From contig CM119267.1 in the NCBI GenBank assembly GCA_051294375.1, positions 17,276,606 through 17,340,605 of the forward strand: a stretch of DNA of 64,000 nt, written 5' to 3'. This document shows, one piece after another, positions 16,400-28,781 of this stretch. This DNA comes from Paraspadella gotoi (Eukaryota; Animalia; Chaetognatha). A program made the translations under genes and the position numbers. Every line of letters begins with the position of its first letter. Within the stretch, counting starts at the first letter, position 1. The notes under the pieces were generated by a model. It worked only from the letters and a program-made list of their open reading frames with translations. It was not told the DNA's origin and searched no databases.

Positions 16400-19300
16400 T
16401 CTCTCTCTCTCTTCTCTCTTCTCCCTCTCTCCTCTCTCTTCTCTCTCTCCTAACTCACCCGACATCTCCTACAGCTTCTTGTCCCACTTCAGTCTGACCA
16501 GGAGTTCCCATTCTCCGAACGACGACAGCGCAGCCATTTTTTCGAGCCCCAACCAGAAGACGTATCCCATGAAGTAGGGCGTCCGAATGCTGAAGCCTCT
16601 TTTGAAGTAGAGTCGATTGCTGAAGACAATCGAAAGGGAATCGTTAAATATAGTCAAAATTTACACGTATGAAATTTTTACATTGAACTATGGAGGGTTA
16701 AAAACTTAAGATCTCAATGTCACAAAAATTGTTATTTAATTTTCGATCCATAATATACATTACATTACGTAATATTACTTGTATTCGTCGAAATCGGCGG
16801 ATCTGAAGCCGAAGGCCGACCCGACGCTGTGACTCTGAAGGAGAATCCAAGGAGAGGAAGAAGAGGAGGGGGAGGAGGAGGAGGGGAGAGAGAGAGGTCG
16901 AAGAAAGTGAGGCGAGTTGACGGCTAAAAAAGGAATCGGTGAAAATTGTTGTGACAAAAGATTGAGTTTTAAAATTGAGAATTTATTTATATCATTACCT
17001 TGGGTAGACAAGAACGCAATTTGCTCGGAAATCTCTTTTGCCCATTGGGTGGAACCGATCGTGGAAAGTGAGGGCGCTGAAATACACGCGAATCGCTTAG
17101 TCTTATTAGTCCTAACAATGAATAACAGTGCGGGTATATTTTTTACCTTGTTGTCTCGGACACTGAACGACGATGACCTTCGGCCGCCGAGGACTCACAG
17201 CTGCCGCACCAGCCGTACCAGCCGCTTCCGCCGCCGCTTCCGCCGCCTCCGTCTCGTTTCCAACCCACGACCTTGTAACGTTTTCTCCTTTTGACTCTGA
17301 GTCTAAATTGTTCACTCGAATAGTCTTGTTCATCTTGAAATTGTTCCTTGAATTCGAAGAATTCGTCATCATCGTCTTCAGCCTCTCCATCGTCTCCGCC
17401 AAGTTGCTGCTCCACTCGGTCCAATTTCCCGTCGACAATTCCGTCCAATCCTTCGGCGACATCGCCATCGAGGAATTCCTCAACCACTCCGTCATCGCCT
17501 CCACCGTCGACTGGTCGCCCAAGTAGCTGGTCCAGTTGGCCGCCCATTCTTGGAGAGAATCGTTCGTTGGAAATTCCGGAGATTCTTTTTCTTGACGAAA
17601 GGATTTCTGTATCGTCTCCTCCAACCTCAAGGTCGCCCCCAGGATTGCACCGTCGATCGCCTCGTTGACGGCGTCGACGACGAATCGACTCTCGTTCTTC
17701 TTCTCCATCATCTCCTCCAGCCGACGCCGCATCTCTTGGACGTTGCGATTTAGCGACGCCGCCTCTTGGCGCCGGGTCGTCTCGTGATCTTCGGTGGCGT
17801 TCGTGAGTGTCGTCAGCGCGTGGTGAGCGTTAAGGAGTAGGGTCTTCAACTCTTTTTCCGCTGCTGTCGCCGCCACAACAGAGTCTTCTCGAGTGGCTTT
17901 TCGAGACGCTTCCGCCTCTGCTTCCGCCGCCGCCTCCATCTTCATCTCCAAATCGTTGACGACCTCCTGCGTTATCTTAGCGTCCAACTTTCCCGACTCC
18001 GCCTTCAGCAAGGCCGCCGCCAACTTTATCTCGGCCACCTGACATCCTTTCTCCCCCGAACCCGACTCACCACCTTTGTCCGCTTCCCCGACCGCCTCCG
18101 CCGCTAAAAAGCAGGCAGAGGAGGCCCAAAAAGCGGCGACGTCCAAGTTTCTCTCCGCCCGACGCCACATCGTTTTTTCATCGTAGGAATTATCATCGAT
18201 GCTCAAATTCAAAATCCTTCCCGCGTTTTCAGCCGCCTCCGACGCTGCAATCATCTTCCTACTCGCCGACCTCATCGACTCGGCGCCCTGCGCAGTGGAA
18301 GCGGCGTCGATGGACGCCTCCGCGACGGCGCGCCAAGACCCCGCCGATTCGGCCCAATCGGTGGAGACGTCGCGCCAGGCTACTGCATCAGTGTCCTCGA
18401 TGTTATCGAAATTCTCCACCAGATGGCGAAGGTCTTGACTCCAAGAGTCGAGGATCGAACGACAGCGGACAACTGGCTCCTCGAAGAGAAGGGATTGTTG
18501 GATAGCAGCTTCGTCTATGACGACTTTTTCGCTAGAGTTTACGGCGGAAGCTTCTCGTCCAACGTTTCTCTCGTCTCGACACACTCTCAGATCCTCTCTC
18601 AATTCATTTTTGAGATCCCTCATCTGCTCTTGAGTCTTGGACGCCAACGTCACCAACAATTCCGTGGCGTTTATGTTCGAATCGGCGTAAATCACTTTCG
18701 GCACTTTATCGTCTTCAGGAGGCGTCGTTGCGCGAACTAGCGTCTCGTTGAGCTCACCAATGTCGGAACGAGATCGACCGACTTCCGCCATGAGAACGTC
18801 GACTTTTGCCGTCAGAGTCTCCACGTCTTGACGACGACAACTGATCTCCGCGTTGTTGTTATTGTTTTTGTCCTTGGTTTTCTCGTCTCTGTTTTCTTTA
18901 TCCTTCAACTCTTCGATCTTTTTCTCCAACGCGTCGCTGAGTCGCTCCTGGTTGTTCTGAATCTGCACCAATTCGATCATCAACTGATCCTTCAGTTGGT
19001 TTTGTTTTTTTCGCAGCTTCACCATCTCCTGGAGACGCGGGGGGGGGGTGGTTATTTGAGATTTTGGCAAGGATGATTTGCAATTTTTCTAACCCTACCC
19101 TTTCTTTAGCCAGTGACTCACCCTCTTCATCTCCTCCGCCGTCCGGGTGACCCTGTCCCTCAGCTCTGCCACTCCCACCTCCCCTCTGTTTCCGTGCCTC
19201 GCCATGTCCGCCTTCAACTCCGCCTTCAACTCGGCGAAGCCCGCGGCGAGCTTCCGCGTGAGGAGGTTGTTGACGAGGATGTTGTGCTCCTTCTGCGCTT

Positions 19301-19701
19301 CCTTCATCGCGCGGACTTCGGCTCGGAAGAGGGCGATCGTGTCGTCCACGTTGGCGGGGGCTGAGGCGGAGAGGGGGGGGAGGTGGAAAAGGGGGTTTAA
19401 AGAAAACTTATCGAACTACTTCATTAGGATCTACATTCTACAGTTGAGTTCAGAGTTGCATACTTGATAGGTATGCTTATTTTATAAAAAGATAGAATGA
19501 TTGTTTTTAATACTTGAAATGAACGTCCCGGATAATTTGGATCATGTTGAAGCACCCTGTAGAACCCCCAGTATCTTTTTACCTAATATTTTTCTGTATT
19601 TATTTTGTTTTTTAGGAAAAATTGGACGTACCTGTTTGCGCTAAAATGAGGCTCAAAAACGCAGTCGTCACTGCAATTATCCAAGATGGTTTCATTGTCA
19701 T
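15534..19701 (-). CDS. Secreted coiled-coil + divergent fibrinogen C-terminal domain protein (angiopoietin-like/FReD) with acidic tail; exons ~19701-19632, 19360-19122, 19028-~17147, ~17076-16998, ~16923-16779, ~16619-16460, ~16314-15534
   Basis: Signal peptide MTMKPSWIIAVTTAFLSLILAQT|; long E/A/K/L helical exon; FReD-like motifs WILLQ..., DFDEY...KRGF...FWLGLEKM...ELLVRL, FKV.PES.GFKL.VG, DPL...G, C...GWWW...C...CLN. At least one apparent indel near 16470. Confidence 0.8.
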
Positions 19702-19994
19702 TAATTTGAGAAAAAAGTTGAGCAAAAGAAAGCATCAACCAAAAAACGCCGGCAGAATTAAGTTACGCGAAAGCTTGCTCAATTGCCGAGAGACACAGAG
19801 CCGAAATACGTCGGAAGAAATCTATCGATAATTTGATAAAAATAAATATTTATTAATATAAAAATATTTATATAAAAATATTTATTAATAAAAAATTAAT
19901 ATTAAAAAAAAATTTATATGATTATATTATATATATTTAATTATGTTATATAAAATATGATTGAAATATATTAAAGCATTTTTTTAAAATTTAT

Positions 19995-20685
19995 ACCACT
20001 TCTTTGATTTGGGAAGCCGATGCTCCAAGAGTGAATAAAACGAGACTGTGAGTCTTATTAAAGCTTCAGGACCTGCTATGTCATTATCTTGTAAAAGTGA
20101 TGGATGCTTTTAAACTAGCCTGGCTAAAGTCGGGGAAGATAGCATATTATTAATGAATAAACAATTTTTATATTAGTTATACTAATTTTATAAGATTCAG
20201 CTTCTTGTATTTTGATATTAGGCGAGAATACTTCCCTGATCTAATATTTTTATATAATTGAAATATTCTTTAAAAATTGTACCATTTTATTGATAGGGAA
20301 GCCAATACTTTAGAATGTGAAATAAACGCGACTGTGAAAGAGTTTTGATTGAAAGCTTACAGGACCTGCTATGTCATTATCTTGTAAGAGTGATAGAGGC
20401 TTTAAACCATCAAGGCCTGTCCAAAGTCAGGGGCAAGATAACTTATTTATTAAATGAATGAATAATATTTATATTAGTTATACCAATTTTATACATTTAA
20501 ATTTATAAAAGTAATAAAAATATTTTAAAAATTTATATAGTGTATATATATAGTAGTTTAAATAAAAATATTTATTCTTTATTTAATTTTTATTAGAAAA
20601 ATATCAATATTTTTAAATTTATTTAAAATAATTTAAAAAAAAACACTGATGAAGACTCAAAACAGAGTCAAAAGATATCCGTTTA
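19995..20685 (+). mobile_element. Two tandem copies (19995-20200, 20280-20490) of an interspersed repeat also at 57094-57330 (-); possible Penelope-like element remnant with decayed hammerhead at 20641-20684
   Basis: Shared gggaagcc...gactgtga...gaaagct...ggacctgctatgtcattatcttgtaa. Translation fragments HFIDRE.../NKRDCERVLIESL/FYIGCT are reminiscent of GIY-YIG. CTGATGA-agactc...gagtc-aAAA-gata-TC follows downstream. Confidence 0.4.
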
Positions 20686-21980
20686 AACAATTATTTTATT
20701 TTTGTCAAAATAAAAAAACTATTTGTTTGTATACCAAAATTTATATAAATTTTTTACAAAATTTTCCGGAAATTCGCTGGGCGTGCCAAGAAAAAAGGGT
20801 TCAGTCGTAGGTCACTAAGTCGACCCTCAATTAAGAAAGGACATTCCCGTCTCGATTCTCGATTCTCGAATCGCGATCATCGAGCCTTCACGCTGCCGAA
20901 TATAATTGACGGATACGTGTTGTCCCGTATGTAACCGGAAATTATGACGAAGGGCTACGACTTCAAGGTCGATCATTATTACTGATAGTTATGGGAAGAA
21001 TTGTGATAAGACTGTGAGGACAATCTTTTAAAAAATTAAAAGAATTGCCCTGGCGCCAGAGACGGGTTTCGTATTTCGTTGTTCTTCGGCAACGCCCATA
21101 GAACTGGCAAAAAAAAAACGAACAGTCGGCCAACAGCAACAAATTTTTTTTATTGAATTAACTTGAGCGTCTCCCAACTGAAAAGAACTATGGCAGAGAC
21201 AAGAAAGATTAAGTCTAAACTGACTAAAAATATATACTTAATACTGCATTTATTCTTATTTCTCCAGCATAATACACTAATGCGTTGTCTCTGAAACAGT
21301 GGTACCCACTCGTTAAAATGAGAGTTCTTTGTGGGTTTTTATCGTCAAACGTCGTCGTTGTCGTCGTCGTCGTCGTTTTCGTCGTCCTCTCCGCTTTTTC
21401 CTCCTTCTCCCGTTCTCTCCTCCATTAGCATGCATTAGTGAGACTCGTCGCGTGAATAACCAATGTCCACCCCGTGGTTTTCCTATTACATACGGGAATA
21501 CAAAGGGAGACGCGTTACATCCTCGGGGACAATGCGTTCCGAGGGTGACTTGTGGGTAACACGAGGCAAAAAGTGGGGGAGGGGAAAATTCTGCAACTGG
21601 GACTCTAGTTAATTTTTCATCGGTTGTTTCTTATACTTTTAAAAAAGTCGTTTTTTTTTATTTATTAGCTAAATTGTTCGTAAGCTTAAAAACGATTTCT
21701 AGTTTGCGAAAATTGCGAGCTCGTTGAATTGATATCGTTTCACTTTTAAGGCCGAACCGGAATTATCGTCAATTAAGGGAGACAGTCAACTTCCGTTACA
21801 AGGGGGGGTGGTGGCGCAAAAAAAAAAAAGAAGTGTAAATCAAATTTTGTTTTTATGTTTTATTGCATCGAATTAAGAATCTTTTTCCGTTTGTGTATTT
21901 CTTTGGTCAAAAAAAAGTTTCGCTTATAGTTGTACTACCTTTTTTCATTATGTTTTTTATTTTACCCCAGTGTCAGCCAG

Positions 21981-22031
<51 letters not shown>

Positions 22032-22987
22032 AAAAATGTGTTTACGTATATGTGCTTTCTATTCTATTTCTGTTTTCAAATCATATAATTCCCGACAAAT
22101 AGCGAATAGAATTATATGATTAGTGTTTAAAAAAAGGGACGAGAATCAATTCGAATCCCGCATGCAAATACGAATCATTGATGCTGGAAACTGATTACTG
22201 ATTCCTGGACTTGATTGGAAAATCTTATTCAATTTACTTGATGTTTCATTTATGATTAATACTTGTTGATTTAATATATAGGTGACTGTACAATGATAGT
22301 AATTTTTCTGAAACCCTAACTCGTTTTTTTTTTCTCGTTCATCCGTATGTAAGTCGTATTTGGCACGTAATCTGGTATGTAATTTGATTCATGCGATCTA
22401 TTATTTTTTCGAGCAACGTGGAGATGAATGGAAGATAAATCGAAAGACCAAAAAAAAAAAGGATCGATGACAAAAATTGATAAATCGAGATTGTGAAAAC
22501 CGCGCGTTTGTTCAAAGCAACAAAAGCTACTAATTAAGATCGAACCATTGCGACGTAATATATTTTAGAAAAGTCTTTTTTTTTTAGCATTATTGGGCAT
22601 TGAGACTGCGTTGAAGTTGCTAAGGATTAAATTAAATTAAATTAAATTAAAAGAAAAAAAAAGAATCGTGTCGTAAATGATAACTACTCTGTCCCTACAG
22701 CATTTTATTAATTCTAACGAGTTCCAATCGTTTTTCACTTAATCCGCGAGAAGCTTTTCTGCGATCGGGAATCAAGAAAAAAAAAAAATTCTGAATTGCA
22801 GCTGCAAAATGTTTTCTAGTTTTTTATTTATTTATTTATTTTTATTTTATTTTTTTCTCTTTGAGAAAAGAAACTAATTTTCACATCGACTTTCGGTTTT
22901 GACTTTAACGACTTCGATTTTTTTATTTTTTTTATGCTTTTGATGGTAAAATGGAGTCGAGAATCATTGGTTGCAACTCGCTTTCTT

Positions 22988-23074
<87 letters not shown>

Positions 23075-24078
23075 AAAAAGAAACAATTTTAATATTATTG
23101 TAAATTGTTTATAATGATAAACAACAACAGGGAGACGGCGCAAAAATTTATTTTTCTCTCTCCTCGACTCTTTTTTTTTTCGTGTGAAAGGAATTTCACA
23201 AAAAAAATCTGTTTTACGATTTGAGCGACGGGTGAAAACTTATCCGATTACGCGAGTGAGATCAGGGTTTTATTTCACGGAACGCGTTTTCTGAAACCCG
23301 TAGAATTCACAGCATAACAGTTATGACAACATTTTGATTTAGAACTGACGTTTTAAATTCCTATATGCTTTTTGCCTTTTTTGTGCCAAAAGATTATTGG
23401 CAAGACGAAGATGTCTATTCACTGTCCTATATCAAAAAACTAAAGAAAGAGGAGTGCCAATGGCAAGACATGTTAAAAAATTGGTAGTTTAAGCTCGATA
23501 GAGTGGCCACTGGCCAGTGCATCACAGCATCAGCAGCATAAAAGTTTTTTACCTTAATTTTTTCTAGCGATGCCGAGTTTTTCTTACTGGTCTTGATAGC
23601 ATTTTGAGAATGTTTTAAAGGGTGTTATAATTTTTTCTTATTGGCGTATAGTTTACGTATAATTAATTTTTCTTTTGTATCATCGGATTTGGCTCACGGG
23701 GTATTTGAGAATTTTGTAAGAAAAAGTCTTTTTTTCTCTACTCGAATCGAATGCTTAACTCGACTTTATCAATTGTCAAACACCCAATGCTTTATGGACT
23801 GTTTTTGCTCGAAAACTGAGAGAGGGCGCGACGAATCTCACCATTTTGTTCGCAAATTAGGGAGGGGCTGGTCAAAGAGGAGGAACAAATCGACTTTATT
23901 TGTCGAAAAAAAAATTCACTGTATCTTTTGTTTTGAAGGCTCACTATTTTTTTTTTACTCGGACCGCCAATCACTCAAACCAAATTGTCACTTTACATCG
24001 ATTTTAAGGCCGGTTCATATTTTTTCGATCCTTCACCATGAATCTTGATAGTTGGGAGGGGGTGTGTGTGTGTATGAG

Positions 24079-24141
<63 letters not shown>

Positions 24142-24259
24142 GAAAGAAGAGAGAGAGAGAGAGAGAGAGAAGAGGGGATATCGACCTTTCATTTCTTGGG
24201 TCGAGAGAGAATTTGTTTTCGTTTCGTTTTTTAGCTCAAAAAATGACGATGGGTGGAGG

Positions 24260-24302
<43 letters not shown>

Positions 24303-24880
24303 GTTTCGGATGAGAAGGAAAGAAATAAGTGATACGTGAATCAAAAGGTGAATGAAAGGCGGTAGAATTTTTAATTTACGGGCGAATCTGGGCTAAGTCT
24401 GTAATTGTCTTGGAGGTTATGAATGCCTCTGAACAATGTTTACTTTTTCAGCGTCGTGAAAGTATACAGAGCAAGTGCGTAATCGTGACTCACACTAAAA
24501 TACATTCTACTTAAATAAACATAGCGTAAGTTATACTATTAGTATTATTACTATTATTATTATTATTATTATTATTACTATTAGTAGTATTACTATCGCT
24601 GACCGACGTTTCGTTATTGGGCTAAAAACGTTCTCGGCTTTCTAAAGGAGATTGGTAAGTAAGTAACAGGTTAACAGAATGAGTTAATGGTTAATGCTTC
24701 GAGTCGAAAAGGTGGACGGAACGAGGTAAATGGAGAAAGAATAACAACAACAACGAGAAAAACCGGGATGCGAAAAGCTTTTTGTCTTTATTGGCCGAAA
24801 GCTCGTCGATTGCTGGGGTCGTCGTCGTCGTCGTCGTCGTCGTCGTCTTCGACGTCGCCGTTTTCTGGTCCCACGTTAGA

Positions 24881-24911
<31 letters not shown>

Positions 24912-25546
24912 CCGCAGCCGGACGGGCAGCGACCCTTGGACAAGAAAAAACAACCACGCGAGAAAACAAACAAAACTAGAGTCAATTATGTCAATAAACT
25001 TGCGGAATTATTTTCGTTAATTTTTCTTCGAAAAATTAAAAAAAAATATTTACGTATGGTGCAAATATTTTTTATTGTTATGTATTTCACTTTTTTTTTT
25101 CGTACCAGAAATTTAAACAACGACTTCGAAAAAAGCGATCAAATTTATTTTCACTTTTACTTTTCTCCGTTCTCTCATTGTTTCTTCGATCGGTCGGCTA
25201 TTTCTTCCCAAAGCAGAAGCGTTCCATTTTTCAATCGCCAGAGACAATTCTTCCCTTTTGCCATGTGGCATGTCTTTCTTTCCATGTCTTTTCTTTTGCC
25301 ATGTGGCACGTCTTTCTTTCCATTTATCTCGATTTCTCTGATTCAGAATCAACTCTTTTCAGGAAAAACAAAAACGCTTGACCCTCGTCTTTATCTGACC
25401 CCAAAGAACAAAACTCGGGACAATCTCCGAACTGTTGTTCATTTTCTCGAATCCAATGTCGAACCGACGGACCGTGACTGTTTGCTGTTTGCTTGCTCTT
25501 AAAACAGGAAAAGAAAACGGAGAAAAAAAAACGCGAAACAAAACGA

Positions 25547-25665
<119 letters not shown>

Positions 25666-25689
25666 TGTTCTTCGGTCGAACGCCGCGCA

Positions 25690-25780
25690 CAATCGGCGAC
25701 TAGAGCCAATCGCGAAGCGACCTCGTCGCAGCGGCGGACCAATCGGCGATCCGTTTGAGCCTCCTCGGGACGTCACAAGC
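25690..25780. promoter_or_regulatory. CCAAT-box pair plus CRE-like site in a GC-rich island
   Basis: agCCAATcg (~25706) and gaCCAATcgg (~25739), about 33 bp apart; gacgtcac at ~25769. Confidence 0.35.
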
Positions 25781-27213
25781 CCAAAGTCTTACGCTGACCT
25801 CATGATTGATTGCTCTGGACCGAATATCCATCATTTCCGAACTCTCGTCACTTCGATACATACGGAGCGGGGGTGAAAGAAAGAGAAAGAAAGAGAGAAA
25901 CTAGAAAGAGAAGAGAGAAAGAGAGAGAAAGAGAGAAAGATAGAGAGATTAAGGAAGAAAAAAAAAGAGCAAAAGTAAAAACAAAGAGACATTTAAAGTA
26001 AAGAGAGAGATAGAGAGAGAGAGACAGAAAAAGAGAGAGTTAAATAAATACAGCCCTTCGTTACGGTTGTTAAATCGTTGCTAAAAAAAAGAAAGAAAAA
26101 AAAGCAAATAGAACTTTTTTCTGGCGTCAATGGCTACTTTTGTTATGGTTATTTTTTTTTATTCAGTTCATCTTTCAGCTGATCAATATCTTTATTTCTA
26201 CATTTCTTAAACATATATTTTTAATTATTTTTCTCATAATAACTATAATACCAAACTTTTACCTTTCGATTTTTTGTTCCTCCTAATAAGTGTAAATAAT
26301 AAATAATGCTTTTCTTTCCGTTTCCTGTTAAAAGTAAAACAGAATATAAATGAATGCCGGAAATGGTTATCTTCCTTTCCGATCCAAATGCTCTCTCTCT
26401 CTCTCTCTCTCTCTCTACCCGACGTCAAGCGCGACAACCGCTCCCGTTGGTTTTTAAAATTTGCAAGGAGACTTGTACGCAGCCTGTTTCTGGACATCGA
26501 GCTGACCCCTGCATTGCAGCCAGAAAATAGACGATGGTTGAAAACGACGACGACAACTACGACTGCAGGAAAACAGAATAAAAGAGAATAAAAAAAAACC
26601 TTAACGACAGCAGCGGCAGCAGCGACGGCGTCGCGGAGGCAGTTTCGTCCAGACGGCCGCGGCGGAGGCTGCTGCTGCCTCCGATGCCGTTGCAAAAATT
26701 AGAAGTTAGAAAAACAACAACGAGGACGACGACGACGAAGACGACGACAACCACGGCGAAAAGCGGGGAGTTTTTTTTTTTTTAACGCGGGGAGAGGGGG
26801 AAGTAAGAAAGAAAAAAAAATTTTTCCGTCGTTCGACTTGAAAAATCGAACTACAATTCTTCTCCTAAATTTTTTTTTTCAGTTTTAAAAGTTTCGAAAG
26901 CGAAAACAATCAAAACAAAGTCGACAGTTGTAATTTTGTCTTTCTGTTAATCGAGCGAGAAATAGAGAGAGATAGGGAGCGTGAGAGAGACAAAGCGCAA
27001 TGAAAGAGTGACCAGCGTACAAGTTCACTGCCCCCCTCTCTCTTTCTCCCTTCTCCGATTACCCATTTTCTCCAATCTTTTCTTTCTCGACCTTTCCCTT
27101 TTTTTTTTTTCAACCTCTCTCTCTCTCTGTCTCTCTCCCTCTCGCACTCATTCTTTCCCCTTTCGCGCGCGCACGGACTCCTCCCACTCCGGAGCCCCGC
27201 GTCGTCGCATTGG

Positions 27214-27267
<54 letters not shown>

Positions 27268-27378
27268 CTCTCCTCTCTCTCTCTCTCTCTCTCGTGTTTC
27301 CGTCTCTCCGCTGCGGCCGCCGTGCCCGCCGCGCTTGGACACTCGCCCTTTGGTCAAGACTATATGCAGACTGGTGCG

Positions 27379-27471
<93 letters not shown>

Positions 27472-28715
27472 TGCGCAGCGGATAGACGTGTGTGTTTTTT
27501 ATGGGTTCTTTTTTTTCTCTCTAAATTTTTTTCTCCCTTATTTTTTTTTGTTCTCCGGGTTCCATCGCTTCTACAACAAAGTGCTGCCGTTTTAACGTTT
27601 TTTTTACATCATCCTGGTAAACAATAACTATTTATCCCTCTGGATATACACTGCGAAACCTTCGATTGAAAAATGAACAATTAACGTCGTATCTTGGGTT
27701 GAACAAGAAAGTCTGACAAGCCTCTCTTCGTCGTATCGCCGGAGAAAAAAAAATTACGCAGCGGATATTCGGATCTTTACGATATCTTGCACGCTAACTT
27801 GACTACAAAAGTGAACATTCCTCGAGAAATCCCTCTTACTTGTCAAAGAAGTAGTTGTAAACAAACACCGAGGAAAATGTATAAAGCGCTTAACGATCGA
27901 ATCAGAATGTATATATCCATTTTCAAATGCAACCCTCATCTCTGAATATCTAAATTCAAGCGACCTCCATTTTTTTTTACCAAAATCAAATAGATAACGC
28001 GGATATAATAGCAAAGTACAGGGTCTTTTTTAAGGAACAATTGTTCGACCAGAATTTAAGAAAGTTTTAATTTAAATTAATTTATGTAGATTTATTTTTT
28101 TCATTTCGTTGTTTCATTTCAAATTTGAAATTTAATCCCTACACAAGCTTTCCTATTTATTAAATTTATTAAAAAAAAAAATTTACGTTTCATGACTTGG
28201 AATGTTATTTTGTCTGCTTAAAAAAAAGTGTTTCTAGAGCTTTAATTTTTTTTCCAGGCAGATGAAAAAGATTGCGAGGACTTGTTCCTATCACCAAAAA
28301 TTAAAATCCTTAATAAATTTATCGGTAAATCGAAGAAGGCGATCAAAAATTAATAATAATATTAATAATAACATTTTTGAGGGAAATAAAATCTTTAGAT
28401 AAGGTGATGCAATCCTTCCGCAGGTACGTCTATATTGTTTTTAAACATTTCTTCTTAACTTTCTTTCGTACTCAAGCTGGGGGGGGGAATCCCCCCAGGG
28501 TCACATTCGAAAATAAGCTACATACCGGCAAATATGTTCTCATACCGTCAAATATCGATACGATTAGGTTTAAAATAAATTATCGTATTATTATACCATT
28601 TTTCTCGGTATTGTATAGGTCCTATCTTCCATCTATTCCCTCCGACCCTCTTTTCCAAAAACGGGATTCTTTCGATCCGAATCGCGAAATCCTGCGTCAG
28701 ATGCGGATACCCGCA

Positions 28716-28781
28716 GTCACGTGACTCGGTACTCGGAACACGTGACTACACGGTCGCGTGACTAGATTGCGATCACGTGAC
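28716..28781. promoter_or_regulatory. Cluster of four GTCACGTGAC-like E-boxes
   Basis: gtcacgtgac (28716), aacacgtgac (28737), gtcgcgtgac (28753), atcacgtgac (28772). Confidence 0.6.
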
